From Oligoflexales bacterium (lineage in GTDB: Bacteria > Bdellovibrionota_B > Oligoflexia > Oligoflexales > CAIYRB01): a DNA stretch of 53,659 bases. Below are positions 1 to 7,394 of the stretch, piece by piece. The stretch covers positions 1 to 53,659 of the forward strand of contig JBGSUI010000254.1 of assembly GCA_041736175.1 (NCBI GenBank). The letters run 5' to 3'. The first letter of the stretch is position 1, and each line of letters starts with the position of its first letter. The notes under the pieces are model-generated. The model was not told where the DNA came from and did not search any database. It saw only the letters and a list, made by a program, of their open reading frames with translations. The translations under genes were made by a program, and so were the position numbers.

Positions 1-104
1 AAGTAGAAATGGACGCTAAAAAGGCAGCGGGATACTATACAGAAGAAAAGGTCCCCTCCCAATCCGATCTAAAAGCGACCAAAGGGAGAGGGCTCCATGA
101 ATAA
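1..104 (+). CDS. 3' end of URC1-like GTP cyclohydrolase II family protein (partial, runs off window)
   Basis: Frame from nt 3 reads VEMDAKKAAGYYTEEKVPSQSDLKATKGRGLHE* (TAA 102-104), resembling the URC1/Urg1 C-terminus; overlaps the URC4 ATG at 97, the usual gene order. Confidence 0.7.
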   Translation, partial: VEMDAKKAAGYYTEEKVPSQSDLKATKGRGLHE

Positions 105-1323
105 TTCAAGTCAAGACGCCGTCGATTTTCTGCTGTCACCCGAAGCCATAAGATCACGGTGTGGGCAACTATATCGCCTCGCCCAAAGCGGCGAGCTGCT
201 CCATTTTGAGTTTGTGCCCAGCAAGCTAAAGTCAACAGTTGAGTTTGTGGTGGATGTGATCCATGGACATTATCCTTTAGGAGACATTCCGTTTCATAGC
301 CGACTGCGACATTTTGAGGCTGGTGGCATAAATCGTGTCAGTGAGTTTAAAAAACTTATCGAAACAGCACCTCCAGACGAGCAAGCCAGGAGTTGGTTTG
401 ACCTCGTGACCATCAGCGTACTTATGGACGCTGGTGCTGGAGCCCCTTGGCGTTATCTTGATCCCCGAAGTGGTGGAGAGTATAGCCGCTCGGAGGGACT
501 CGGGGTGTTGTCTTATAATTTGTTTTGTGACGGCTGGTTTTCTATAGACAAGTCTGCCCCGTTTCGAGTAGATGGTCATCGACTCCTACAAATCACAGAA
601 CAGAGTTTGGCCACAGCTATGACGGTTACTCCTCAAAATCCGATCATCGGGCTGGGAGGCCGATGCCAGCTGCTCAAAAATCTCGGACAACTTCTCTTTG
701 ATAAACCCGAAGTCTTTGGACAACCGCCCCGCTTAGGTAACCTGTTTCATGCGGTCACACAAGGCCAATCGACTCTGGCAGCTCGAGATCTTCTCAGGAC
801 GGTTCTCGTTTGCCTAGGTCCTATGTGGCCGAGCCGCCTGACGCTCCACGGAGTCCCCCTAGGAGATACGGGCACCCATCCCCTTGTCACCGGCGAGGGT
901 CCGACCAAGGGCCTGGTGCCCTTTCATAAACTCTCCCAATGGCTCACCTATTCTCTGATGGAGGCTCTCGCCCTCTCAGGGGTCACCGTCCACACTCCCG
1001 ACTCGCTCACCGGACTGGCTGAATACCGGAACGGGGGTTTATTACTCGACATGGGTCTTATCAACCTAAAAGATCCTCGGCAAAAAGCGGTGACACACTC
1101 TATAGATAGCCCTCTTATTGTGGAGTGGCGGGCGCTCACGGTGGCGCTTCTCGATATCATCGCCGACGAGGTCCGCAAAATACTCGGAAAAAGTGAAAGA
1201 GATCTACCTCTGGTTAAGGTCCTCGAGGGAGGCACGTGGCAAGCGGGGCGCAAAATTGCTAGGATGCTTCGACCCGATGGTTCCCCACCCTTGAGTCTCG
1301 TCAGCGATGGAACTGTCTTTTAA
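97..1323 (+). CDS. URC4/Urg3 (DUF1688) uracil catabolism protein
   Basis: Motifs IPFHSRLRHF, SVLMDAGAG, RSEGL, FHKLSQWLTYSL, LTGLAEYRNGGL, VEWRALTV, LEGGTW, C-terminal SDGTVF. Confidence 0.92.
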   Translation: MNNSSQDAVDFLLSPEAIRSRCGQLYRLAQSGELLHFEFVPSKLKSTVEFVVDVIHGHYPLGDIPFHSRLRHFEAGGINRVSEFKKLIETAPPDEQARSWFDLVTISVLMDAGAGAPWRYLDPRSGGEYSRSEGLGVLSYNLFCDGWFSIDKSAPFRVDGHRLLQITEQSLATAMTVTPQNPIIGLGGRCQLLKNLGQLLFDKPEVFGQPPRLGNLFHAVTQGQSTLAARDLLRTVLVCLGPMWPSRLTLHGVPLGDTGTHPLVTGEGPTKGLVPFHKLSQWLTYSLMEALALSGVTVHTPDSLTGLAEYRNGGLLLDMGLINLKDPRQKAVTHSIDSPLIVEWRALTVALLDIIADEVRKILGKSERDLPLVKVLEGGTWQAGRKIARMLRPDGSPPLSLVSDGTVF

Positions 1324-1333
1324 GATTTTTATA
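1228..1333 (+). repeat. Direct repeat copy 1 (106 bp; URC4 3' end plus 10 nt)
   Basis: Matches 2626-2731 at offset 1398 with 5 mismatches by manual alignment. Confidence 0.97.
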
Positions 1334-1334
1334 G

Positions 1335-1433
1335 GATCCCGATGCGATCAAAAGATACTTGACCCATGTTGGGCTTGCTCCCTTGCCGCCCGCACGGGCT
1401 CCGCCTAGAAGCCTTCAGGAGTCCTTTGACTTC
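1335..1433 (+). pseudogene. C-terminal fragment of IS91-family (rolling-circle) transposase
   Basis: Reads DPDAIKRYLTHVGLAPLPPARAPPRSLQESFDF, like the IS91/ISCR tail DPxxIxxILxHLGL..P.ARAPP; no start codon, begins right after repeat copy 1. Confidence 0.65.
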
Positions 1434-1458
1434 CTAGGATTTATGCGCCGCACCGCCT

Positions 1459-1677
1459 CTAACAGTAAATAGCCATAGCAGCTTCCAGTGGCAATTTTTG
1501 TTGTTCAGATAATTTAATATGTTCCTGGATAGCAATTTTCATTTCCGAGATAGCTTCTTCTTCAGTTGCTCCATGAGTCACGCACCCTTTCAACTTTACG
1601 GCTTCCGCCACATATATTTGGTCGTGTTTATCAAAATAAAGGGATACTTCATAACCTTTGACAATCACAGTTTCCAT
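1459..1677 (-). CDS. HicB-like antitoxin (short, no DNA-binding domain)
   Basis: YVAEAVKLKGCVTHGATEEEAISEMKIAI matches the HicB partial RNase H fold pattern; AGGAG RBS upstream. Confidence 0.85.
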   Translation of the reverse strand: METVIVKGYEVSLYFDKHDQIYVAEAVKLKGCVTHGATEEEAISEMKIAIQEHIKLSEQQKLPLEAAMAIYC

Positions 1678-1730
1678 TTATTTATCTCCTAAGTTATATT
1701 TTTCTACAATGTCGACCCTGTTTACAGAAA

Positions 1731-2138
1731 CTAACTCGGACCAACGATATCGAAATCCCAACATCCAAAGTCTTTGACGTTTGCCGTAGCAACATTTAGT
1801 CCATGGACTGTAGCAGTAGCGCCGATCAACAAGTCGGCCATTTTTCTTTGCTCTCCAAGAATTTTACCTTCGCCGCGTTTTAATGCGGCTAGATCTGCTA
1901 TCTCGGCCGAAACCGGCAGGATCGAAATCGAAAGATTTTTGAGTAAAACCTTAAAATGCTCCGCAGTTTTGACTGCTTTGATCTCGTTTAGACCTGCCAA
2001 CACTTCGTAATAATTGATGGCAGAAATATAGAACGGCGTTTGTACATCAGCCAGCCAGTCAATCAGTGTGGCAGGAGGTCCTTGTCGATCGGTTAATTTG
2101 GAAAGAATGGTCGTATCAAGGAGGATGCCTAAACTCAT
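1731..2138 (-). CDS. PIN-domain VapC toxin
   Basis: ILLDTTIL, ISAINYYEV, MADLLIGATA, ATANVKDF acidic PIN motifs; 4-nt overlap with antitoxin. Confidence 0.9.
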   Translation of the reverse strand: MSLGILLDTTILSKLTDRQGPPATLIDWLADVQTPFYISAINYYEVLAGLNEIKAVKTAEHFKVLLKNLSISILPVSAEIADLAALKRGEGKILGEQRKMADLLIGATATVHGLNVATANVKDFGCWDFDIVGPS

Positions 2139-2455
2139 TTAGTTTCCTTGTCGAAGGCAATCTCGCGACCATCCTCACGCTGGTAGACAAGCTGGCCAAC
2201 GCCCTCTACTGCGGCGGCCTTGCGTAGGTCGGTTAAGTTTGCCGTAAGCAATCGGCGGCGGATGTGTTTTCTGACCGCGATGATCTCCTCAATCTCTTCG
2301 ATTGACCCGACCTTTAGGAGCAAGGCTTGTGGCGTGCCGTGGGAGGTTATCAACTGGGGAACGCCTCCTTGGACTTGCTCGATGACTTCAGAGAGCTTGG
2401 CCTTAGCCTCGCGGATGGACCAACTTTGAAACTTCTTTTCATCAAGGCCGCCCAT
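2135..2455 (-). CDS. Phd/YefM family antitoxin
   Basis: SIREAKAKLSEVIEQV..G.PQLITSHG; GAGGAGG RBS upstream. Confidence 0.9.
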   Translation of the reverse strand: MGGLDEKKFQSWSIREAKAKLSEVIEQVQGGVPQLITSHGTPQALLLKVGSIEEIEEIIAVRKHIRRRLLTANLTDLRKAAAVEGVGQLVYQREDGREIAFDKETK

Positions 2456-2482
2456 ACAGCTTTCCTCCTCTTCTTAAGGCTC

Positions 2483-2509
2483 TTATCGGAAGATACTACA
2501 TTTACTTAA
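2483..2509 (-). promoter_or_regulatory. sigma28 (FliA)-like promoter of phd-vapC
   Basis: Minus strand TTAA-N15-TCCGATAA vs consensus TAAA-N15-GCCGATAA, 27 nt from the phd start. Confidence 0.5.
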
Positions 2510-2625
2510 GTAGTTTCAATTTAAAATATAGTCACATATTTTATGCTGATGTTATCATAGACTATTTGACATATTGCTTATAGGTAAATCAATGTTCTTT
2601 TTTGGGAAGCGGTGGCTGGTGGAAA

Positions 2626-2731
2626 GGAGGCACATGGCAAGCGGGCCGCAAAATTGCTAGGATGCTTCGACCCGATGGTTCCCCACCATTGAGTCTCGCC
2701 AGCGATGGAACTGTCTTTTAAGATTTCTATA
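2626..2731 (+). repeat. Direct repeat copy 2 (displaced URC4 3' end)
   Basis: Encodes [31 protein letters not shown] with no upstream gene; lies just before upp RBS. Confidence 0.97.
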
Positions 2732-2755
2732 ACGGTAGTTGAGGAGTTGTTTTCT

Positions 2756-3391
2756 ATGGATTTTAAAAATGTCACTGTCATCTCCCACCCACTCATCCAG
2801 CATAAACTCACGTTGCTCCGTAAAAAAGAGACGAGTTGCAGTAAATTTCGGACCATTTTAAGAGAAATCTCCATGCTTCTAGCCTATGAAGTCACCCGAG
2901 ACCTCCCCCTGAGATACGAGGAGATTGAAACACCGTTAATACGTTTTAGCGCACCTATCCTGGACGGCAAAAAGATTGTCCTTGTCTCCATACTCAGAGC
3001 CGGCAATGGGATTTTAGACGGGATGCTTGAGCTGCTTCCTTCGGCCCGAGTCGGTCATATCGGGATCTATAGAGAGCCCAAAACCTTAGTCGCCGTCGAA
3101 TACTACTTTAAGATGCCACAGGATATTCCTGAGCGACAACTGATCGTCGTCGATCCCATGCTTGCCACGGGGCATTCGGCCATTGCGGCCATTCATCGGA
3201 TCAAAAGCTTAAAACCCCAATCTATAAAATTTGTCTGTCTCGTCGCTGCACCTGAGGGAATCCGCGAGTTTTGCGAAGAACACCCGGATGTCCCCGTCTT
3301 TACCGCTGCGGTTGACGATAGACTCAATGACCATGGGTATATCATCCCTGGATTGGGCGATGCTGGGGACCGTATTTACGGAACAAAATAA
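2756..3391 (+). CDS. upp: Uracil phosphoribosyltransferase
   Basis: [39 protein letters not shown]; start moved to ATG 2756 after GAGGAG RBS. Confidence 0.97.
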   Translation: MDFKNVTVISHPLIQHKLTLLRKKETSCSKFRTILREISMLLAYEVTRDLPLRYEEIETPLIRFSAPILDGKKIVLVSILRAGNGILDGMLELLPSARVGHIGIYREPKTLVAVEYYFKMPQDIPERQLIVVDPMLATGHSAIAAIHRIKSLKPQSIKFVCLVAAPEGIREFCEEHPDVPVFTAAVDDRLNDHGYIIPGLGDAGDRIYGTK

Positions 3392-3444
3392 CGATCGGCG
3401 TTATTCTGCTGACGGTCTGCTCTGGCTGCGCCATACGAGTGAGT

Positions 3445-3490
3445 CAGTAGGACAACAACTTCCCCACCACCAATCCGCCTAGATATCTGA
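3445..3490 (-). pseudogene. Possible decayed GGDEF-domain fragment
   Basis: Minus strand SDI / frameshift / RIGGGEVVVLL resembles SDxxxRxGG(D/E)EFxxLL. Confidence 0.25.
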
Positions 3491-3505
3491 CACCTGCTCA
3501 GGACC

Positions 3506-3536
3506 TGCCCGATTTATTGCCTCATCGGGCATCTTT
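3506..3536 (+). terminator. Hairpin after upp
   Basis: TGCCCGAT-N10-ATCGGGCA followed by TCTTT. Confidence 0.4.
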
Positions 3537-3565
3537 AATATTCTGTATTTAGTCAGCTTTGAGAA

Positions 3566-3581
3566 CGGCACAAATATTGCT
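3566..3581 (+). promoter_or_regulatory. sigma54 -24/-12 promoter candidate
   Basis: CGGCACAAATATTGCT, exact GG-N10-GC spacing, 50 nt upstream of ORF 3632. Confidence 0.6.
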
Positions 3582-3631
3582 CCTGCTCTGCTATCTGGTT
3601 AGCGCCAACATTTCTTTAACAGGAATTATAT

Positions 3632-5221
3632 ATGAATTTTTTAAATTTAAGTTTGGTTAATCACAATCGCAAAATCATCGCATTCATTTTTGTTACGATG
3701 TCCTGTTCGATCTCTTGTTTACCAACACAAAACACTTCGCAACTCTCTATGCAAAGTGCCCCCCGCCCGACTACCCGCATAGGCGGTCGTGGGTTTGCCC
3801 GAACTTCGAGAATTAAGGCTTTTAACGAAAGCTCTACCAAACCAGTCATCGTAAAAATAAATCCCAATACGACGGGCGCCGCTGCTATCCCCGATCTTTA
3901 TAGCATCAATAAGGGCGTACACCCCGACACCTGGAGTCTCCCCGAATTATTGCAGCAGCTCAAAGATACTTCGGCCGTCTCCGAGGTTCTCAACTATTTT
4001 TTTCAGACGTTAGAGTTAAATAGCGCCATCAGGGTTAAGATTGAGCCCGCTATTCAAAGTCTCAACCCGAATCTCGTCACCAATCAACTCGCAATCGATC
4101 TAAAGACTTTCGACGCCGGGAGGAGTGTGCTACTTGAGAGGCTAAAATCCAAAAAAAATGCTGGCACTGCAACTACCCCCGCAGAGCGTGGCTATTTGCT
4201 TCCAGCCAATTTCAATCTAAAAGAACTGGATCAGGTGGTCTTGGCTCCGAATCCACCTTGGTTAGAAGAAATCTACCCGGGTGTTTTCAGGGGATATCCC
4301 CACAACACTGATCTTAGCGACCAGGAGCGCCGTCGCAATACGGTCCTAGCGGAGGTGCTAGAACGGTTAAGTGCGAACCCAGACCAAAAAAATGGTTCAC
4401 CTTCTGATCAAACCGTGTTTACGGTTTTGTACAACGGTTTGGCCTACACTGATCTTGATGCTTTTTTGTCTGCCCTCGCCAAAAACGGCCACAAAATCAG
4501 AGCTTCAGTCCGGACTGCCGTCGCTGATTTTGCTGGGTTATGGGGCAAGGATGCTCAGGGAAATCTGCATCCAGTCGCGGCTCCAGGCTTCTTGCGCACG
4601 GGGTTCAAGGATAGGAGTGGGCACGAGGCGATTCTACCGGCGTTTCACAGCGAGCTGATTTTTAAGGTTAATCCTCAGTCGGACACGAGTGGTCAGCTTG
4701 TCAGTTTCAATGTTGTTTTCTTTCAGGGATCATCCAAAACCGGATTCTCCTGCGGCAATTGCAACAAAAGGCCCGCTTGGGTGGGAGAATCGACCCGCGA
4801 AGAATTTTATGACGATAAGGCTTGGAAGGCTCTGGCGCTTTCTGGTCGCTATATCAACCTAGCACGGGCTATAGCAGCCGATCTTTTTCTGCCCGCGGAG
4901 GGGTACGGTGTGACGGGAGTTTGTAATGACTCGGTCGGAATTATTCAGACTGCGGTGCTGGGGAAAACTTCGATTTACGGGTTGTTGAGGAAGAACCAGT
5001 TCCTGCTTGCCGAAATAGAGAAACGCTTGAGTTCATCTGCATCGACAGCTAAGGACATGGAGGCCTATAAAAGCCTAAAAAATGCAGTCATGAGCACGCC
5101 CAACGATATATCGAGTCCTGGTGATGCCGCCAGCCGCGCCTTGGTGAGCATCCCTTGGGGACCCAATCAGGCCACCTTCCCCATTGTAGAAAAGGCCCGC
5201 AGTATCCTGGAGTCTCAGTGA
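3632..5221 (+). CDS. Hypothetical exported protein/lipoprotein
   Basis: 529-aa ORF, AGGA RBS, basic + hydrophobic N-terminus with Cys (IIAFIFVTMSCSISC). Confidence 0.8.
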   Translation: MNFLNLSLVNHNRKIIAFIFVTMSCSISCLPTQNTSQLSMQSAPRPTTRIGGRGFARTSRIKAFNESSTKPVIVKINPNTTGAAAIPDLYSINKGVHPDTWSLPELLQQLKDTSAVSEVLNYFFQTLELNSAIRVKIEPAIQSLNPNLVTNQLAIDLKTFDAGRSVLLERLKSKKNAGTATTPAERGYLLPANFNLKELDQVVLAPNPPWLEEIYPGVFRGYPHNTDLSDQERRRNTVLAEVLERLSANPDQKNGSPSDQTVFTVLYNGLAYTDLDAFLSALAKNGHKIRASVRTAVADFAGLWGKDAQGNLHPVAAPGFLRTGFKDRSGHEAILPAFHSELIFKVNPQSDTSGQLVSFNVVFFQGSSKTGFSCGNCNKRPAWVGESTREEFYDDKAWKALALSGRYINLARAIAADLFLPAEGYGVTGVCNDSVGIIQTAVLGKTSIYGLLRKNQFLLAEIEKRLSSSASTAKDMEAYKSLKNAVMSTPNDISSPGDAASRALVSIPWGPNQATFPIVEKARSILESQ

Positions 5222-5380
5222 TGGGAGTGTTCTCTGATTAAAGAGTGGCATGCCGTGTAGGTGCGAAAGAATTTATAAAAACCCACCACTACCGACCCGT
5301 GACAAGGTCCAGATTAAACAGATTTATAACTATACAATATATTGAATTTATTATCTGTTTTATACTTTCTTAGTTTATAC

Positions 5381-5408
5381 TAAAGTTTCACCGCAAATTT
5401 TCCGATAC
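5381..5408 (+). promoter_or_regulatory. sigma28 (FliA)-like promoter
   Basis: TAAAGTTT-N12-TCCGATAC vs consensus TAAAGTTT-N11-GCCGATAA, 49 nt upstream of ORF 5458. Confidence 0.5.
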
Positions 5409-5457
5409 CCTAGTATCTAATCATATTTTTTCACCATATGACTGATCGGGGTATGCC

Positions 5458-6537
5458 GTGCGATTTAAAACCCATCCATTCGCCAAAAAAACTCTTATTT
5501 CATCTGTTCTTCTCGGTTCGATGGTAATGGGAATCGCCTGTGGCTCGGATTCGAAAAATATCGCCCTTCCTTATCCTGATGTCAAAAAAAATGGCGACGA
5601 AGATCCTGGTAGTGGGTCCAACCCCGATGGAGCAGCAACCGCTGGAATCAATGTCGGTAACCCTGGGGACATCCTAGGAGGTGAGCCCCTAAGAGTTGTC
5701 GATGCTGTCTATAGAATCATGGTTAAATTTGCTGGCTTTTCCATATGTGAAGGCAATATCAAGATCGAAGTGAATGTGGACCTTAACAATCTCGAAACCG
5801 GAAAACTCCTAAACCTGCCCGCGGGCTGGGTTGACTGTTCCCTTTTAGGGAGAATCGACCTCACTGCTATTATGGGAATCTTCTCGACGAAATCGCAAAT
5901 GCCTAAAATTAAAGTCGACAAAAGCATCATCTTTATCGAAGAATTTGGCAACGCAACCTACAACCCACCTAGGCCTTTTTTACCCTCGTTTTTAGCAGCA
6001 TCTAAAAAGTCCTTAAATTCACTGCAGTACTCAAACAACATCACTATCAATGACACAAAAAATAATGTTTCAGGCAAAGGGACGGCAAGTGTCAGGATGT
6101 TGGGCTTTAACACTACTTACAATAGCCCTCTGCTTAAAAAGAAATTTTCAAAAGTCATGCATTTTCAGACAAATACTACAGGCTTTGACAATATGGATAA
6201 AGTCGGCCATTTTTTGTTTGAAGATCTCCAGATCAGAATGAACCTTTCTCCCATCGTGTTGCTGTCCATTAAAACCAAAGGCCAAGCTAGTGGGATGACC
6301 AGTTTTGCCTTTGAAAATATCGACAAGTTTCCTCCTGATGTCCAAAGCCTGTTAAAACTCATTCCATCAAAACACAATCCGGATAATTTCTTAAGTCCTT
6401 TATTTGGTGGTCTTGCTGATAGAATTTCTAGAGCCATCGATATCAATGCGGACCTAGAGATCGCCGAATATATTGGGCCTACTGAAGCTCCCAAGACTAA
6501 AGATGACGGTAAGGACAAGTTTGGAGACAGAAATTAA
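5458..6537 (+). CDS. Hypothetical lipoprotein (paralog A)
   Basis: Signal peptide ending MGIAC; aligns by eye with next ORF. Confidence 0.8.
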   Translation: MRFKTHPFAKKTLISSVLLGSMVMGIACGSDSKNIALPYPDVKKNGDEDPGSGSNPDGAATAGINVGNPGDILGGEPLRVVDAVYRIMVKFAGFSICEGNIKIEVNVDLNNLETGKLLNLPAGWVDCSLLGRIDLTAIMGIFSTKSQMPKIKVDKSIIFIEEFGNATYNPPRPFLPSFLAASKKSLNSLQYSNNITINDTKNNVSGKGTASVRMLGFNTTYNSPLLKKKFSKVMHFQTNTTGFDNMDKVGHFLFEDLQIRMNLSPIVLLSIKTKGQASGMTSFAFENIDKFPPDVQSLLKLIPSKHNPDNFLSPLFGGLADRISRAIDINADLEIAEYIGPTEAPKTKDDGKDKFGDRN

Positions 6538-7388
6538 TGAATATATTTTTTAAATACAGCCTAATTTATACGGCATTTTTGATGGCTATCATCGGTTGTT
6601 CTACCGGTGAGGAAGCCGTGTTTAAATCAGGAAACAACCAAGTTAAACCTCATCCAAGTTTACTAACTGGGGAAGAAAAAACTTCCTTGGGAGCCGTCAC
6701 CGACGCTGCTGCCGTCGAGGCCACGTCCGCGGAATATTTTTTCAAATTGGAATCGGCCTCCGGAGTCGAAATCTGCACTGGCGAAGTTGCCCTGCAGGTT
6801 ATGACCAATTTTACTCTTAAATTCCCTGATGCTACCGCATCCTGCCTAGGTGGAGCCATCAAAATCGATCTTGCTAAAATCCTTAGCGGAGCGAGCGCCG
6901 GTGGCGCCGGCCCCCGCCTCATCGCTGGATTGGAGCATAACGGAAAGGTCCTAGGAGTCGAGTCCATTATGGGCGCTAAATTCAGCCCCGCAAGACCCCT
7001 CCTGCTGGGTCCTATCGTCCAAGATCGATCTGTTTACAAAGACTACCAAAAAACCACCGACCATACAGTGACCAATAGCGCTGGAGATACTGCAAAAGGA
7101 TCGTTTACAATCAAAGTCATAGATAACAATACGACCTTTAAAAATGACTATGTCAAAGAGATCAGAAACGTTATTCAATGGGAAATTACTTCTAAAGGCT
7201 TCCAAGGGATGAAAGCGACTGATGGACTTATTTTTGACAAGATTTCCTGGTGGTTTGGTACTAGGCCAATTGTGATACCTAAAATGATCATTGAGGCCGA
7301 ACTAAAAGATTTTATCGAAGATAAGATGGGTGTCAGTGCAGTCGTTGGTAAGTTGAAGATTACCATCGGAGTCAAGTCCTACAAGTAA
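6537..7388 (+). CDS. Hypothetical lipoprotein (paralog B)
   Basis: Lipobox AIIGC; TAATG stop/start overlap with previous gene. Confidence 0.8.
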   Translation: MNIFFKYSLIYTAFLMAIIGCSTGEEAVFKSGNNQVKPHPSLLTGEEKTSLGAVTDAAAVEATSAEYFFKLESASGVEICTGEVALQVMTNFTLKFPDATASCLGGAIKIDLAKILSGASAGGAGPRLIAGLEHNGKVLGVESIMGAKFSPARPLLLGPIVQDRSVYKDYQKTTDHTVTNSAGDTAKGSFTIKVIDNNTTFKNDYVKEIRNVIQWEITSKGFQGMKATDGLIFDKISWWFGTRPIVIPKMIIEAELKDFIEDKMGVSAVVGKLKITIGVKSYK

Positions 7389-7394
7389 TTTTTA

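Larger units (their letters stand above)
1228..2731. mobile_element. Small genomic islet inserted at the URC4 3' end (IS91-like remnant, HicB, VapC, Phd); no integrase
   Basis: Flanking 106-bp direct repeats; cargo on opposite strand separates URC4 from upp. Confidence 0.8.

Noticed and set aside
1423..1440. CCTTTGACTTCCTAGGAT as IS91/ISCR oriIS
   Set aside because: Only loosely similar and coincides with the FDF codons of the remnant; not supportable without alignment
1334..2625. Integron cassette array for the TA genes
   Set aside because: No properly placed RYYYAAC...GTTRRRY attC hairpins and no intI
2705..2755. 17-aa N-terminal extension of upp in the ORF track
   Set aside because: That ATG lies inside repeat copy 2; ATG 2756 has the RBS and gives normal Upp length
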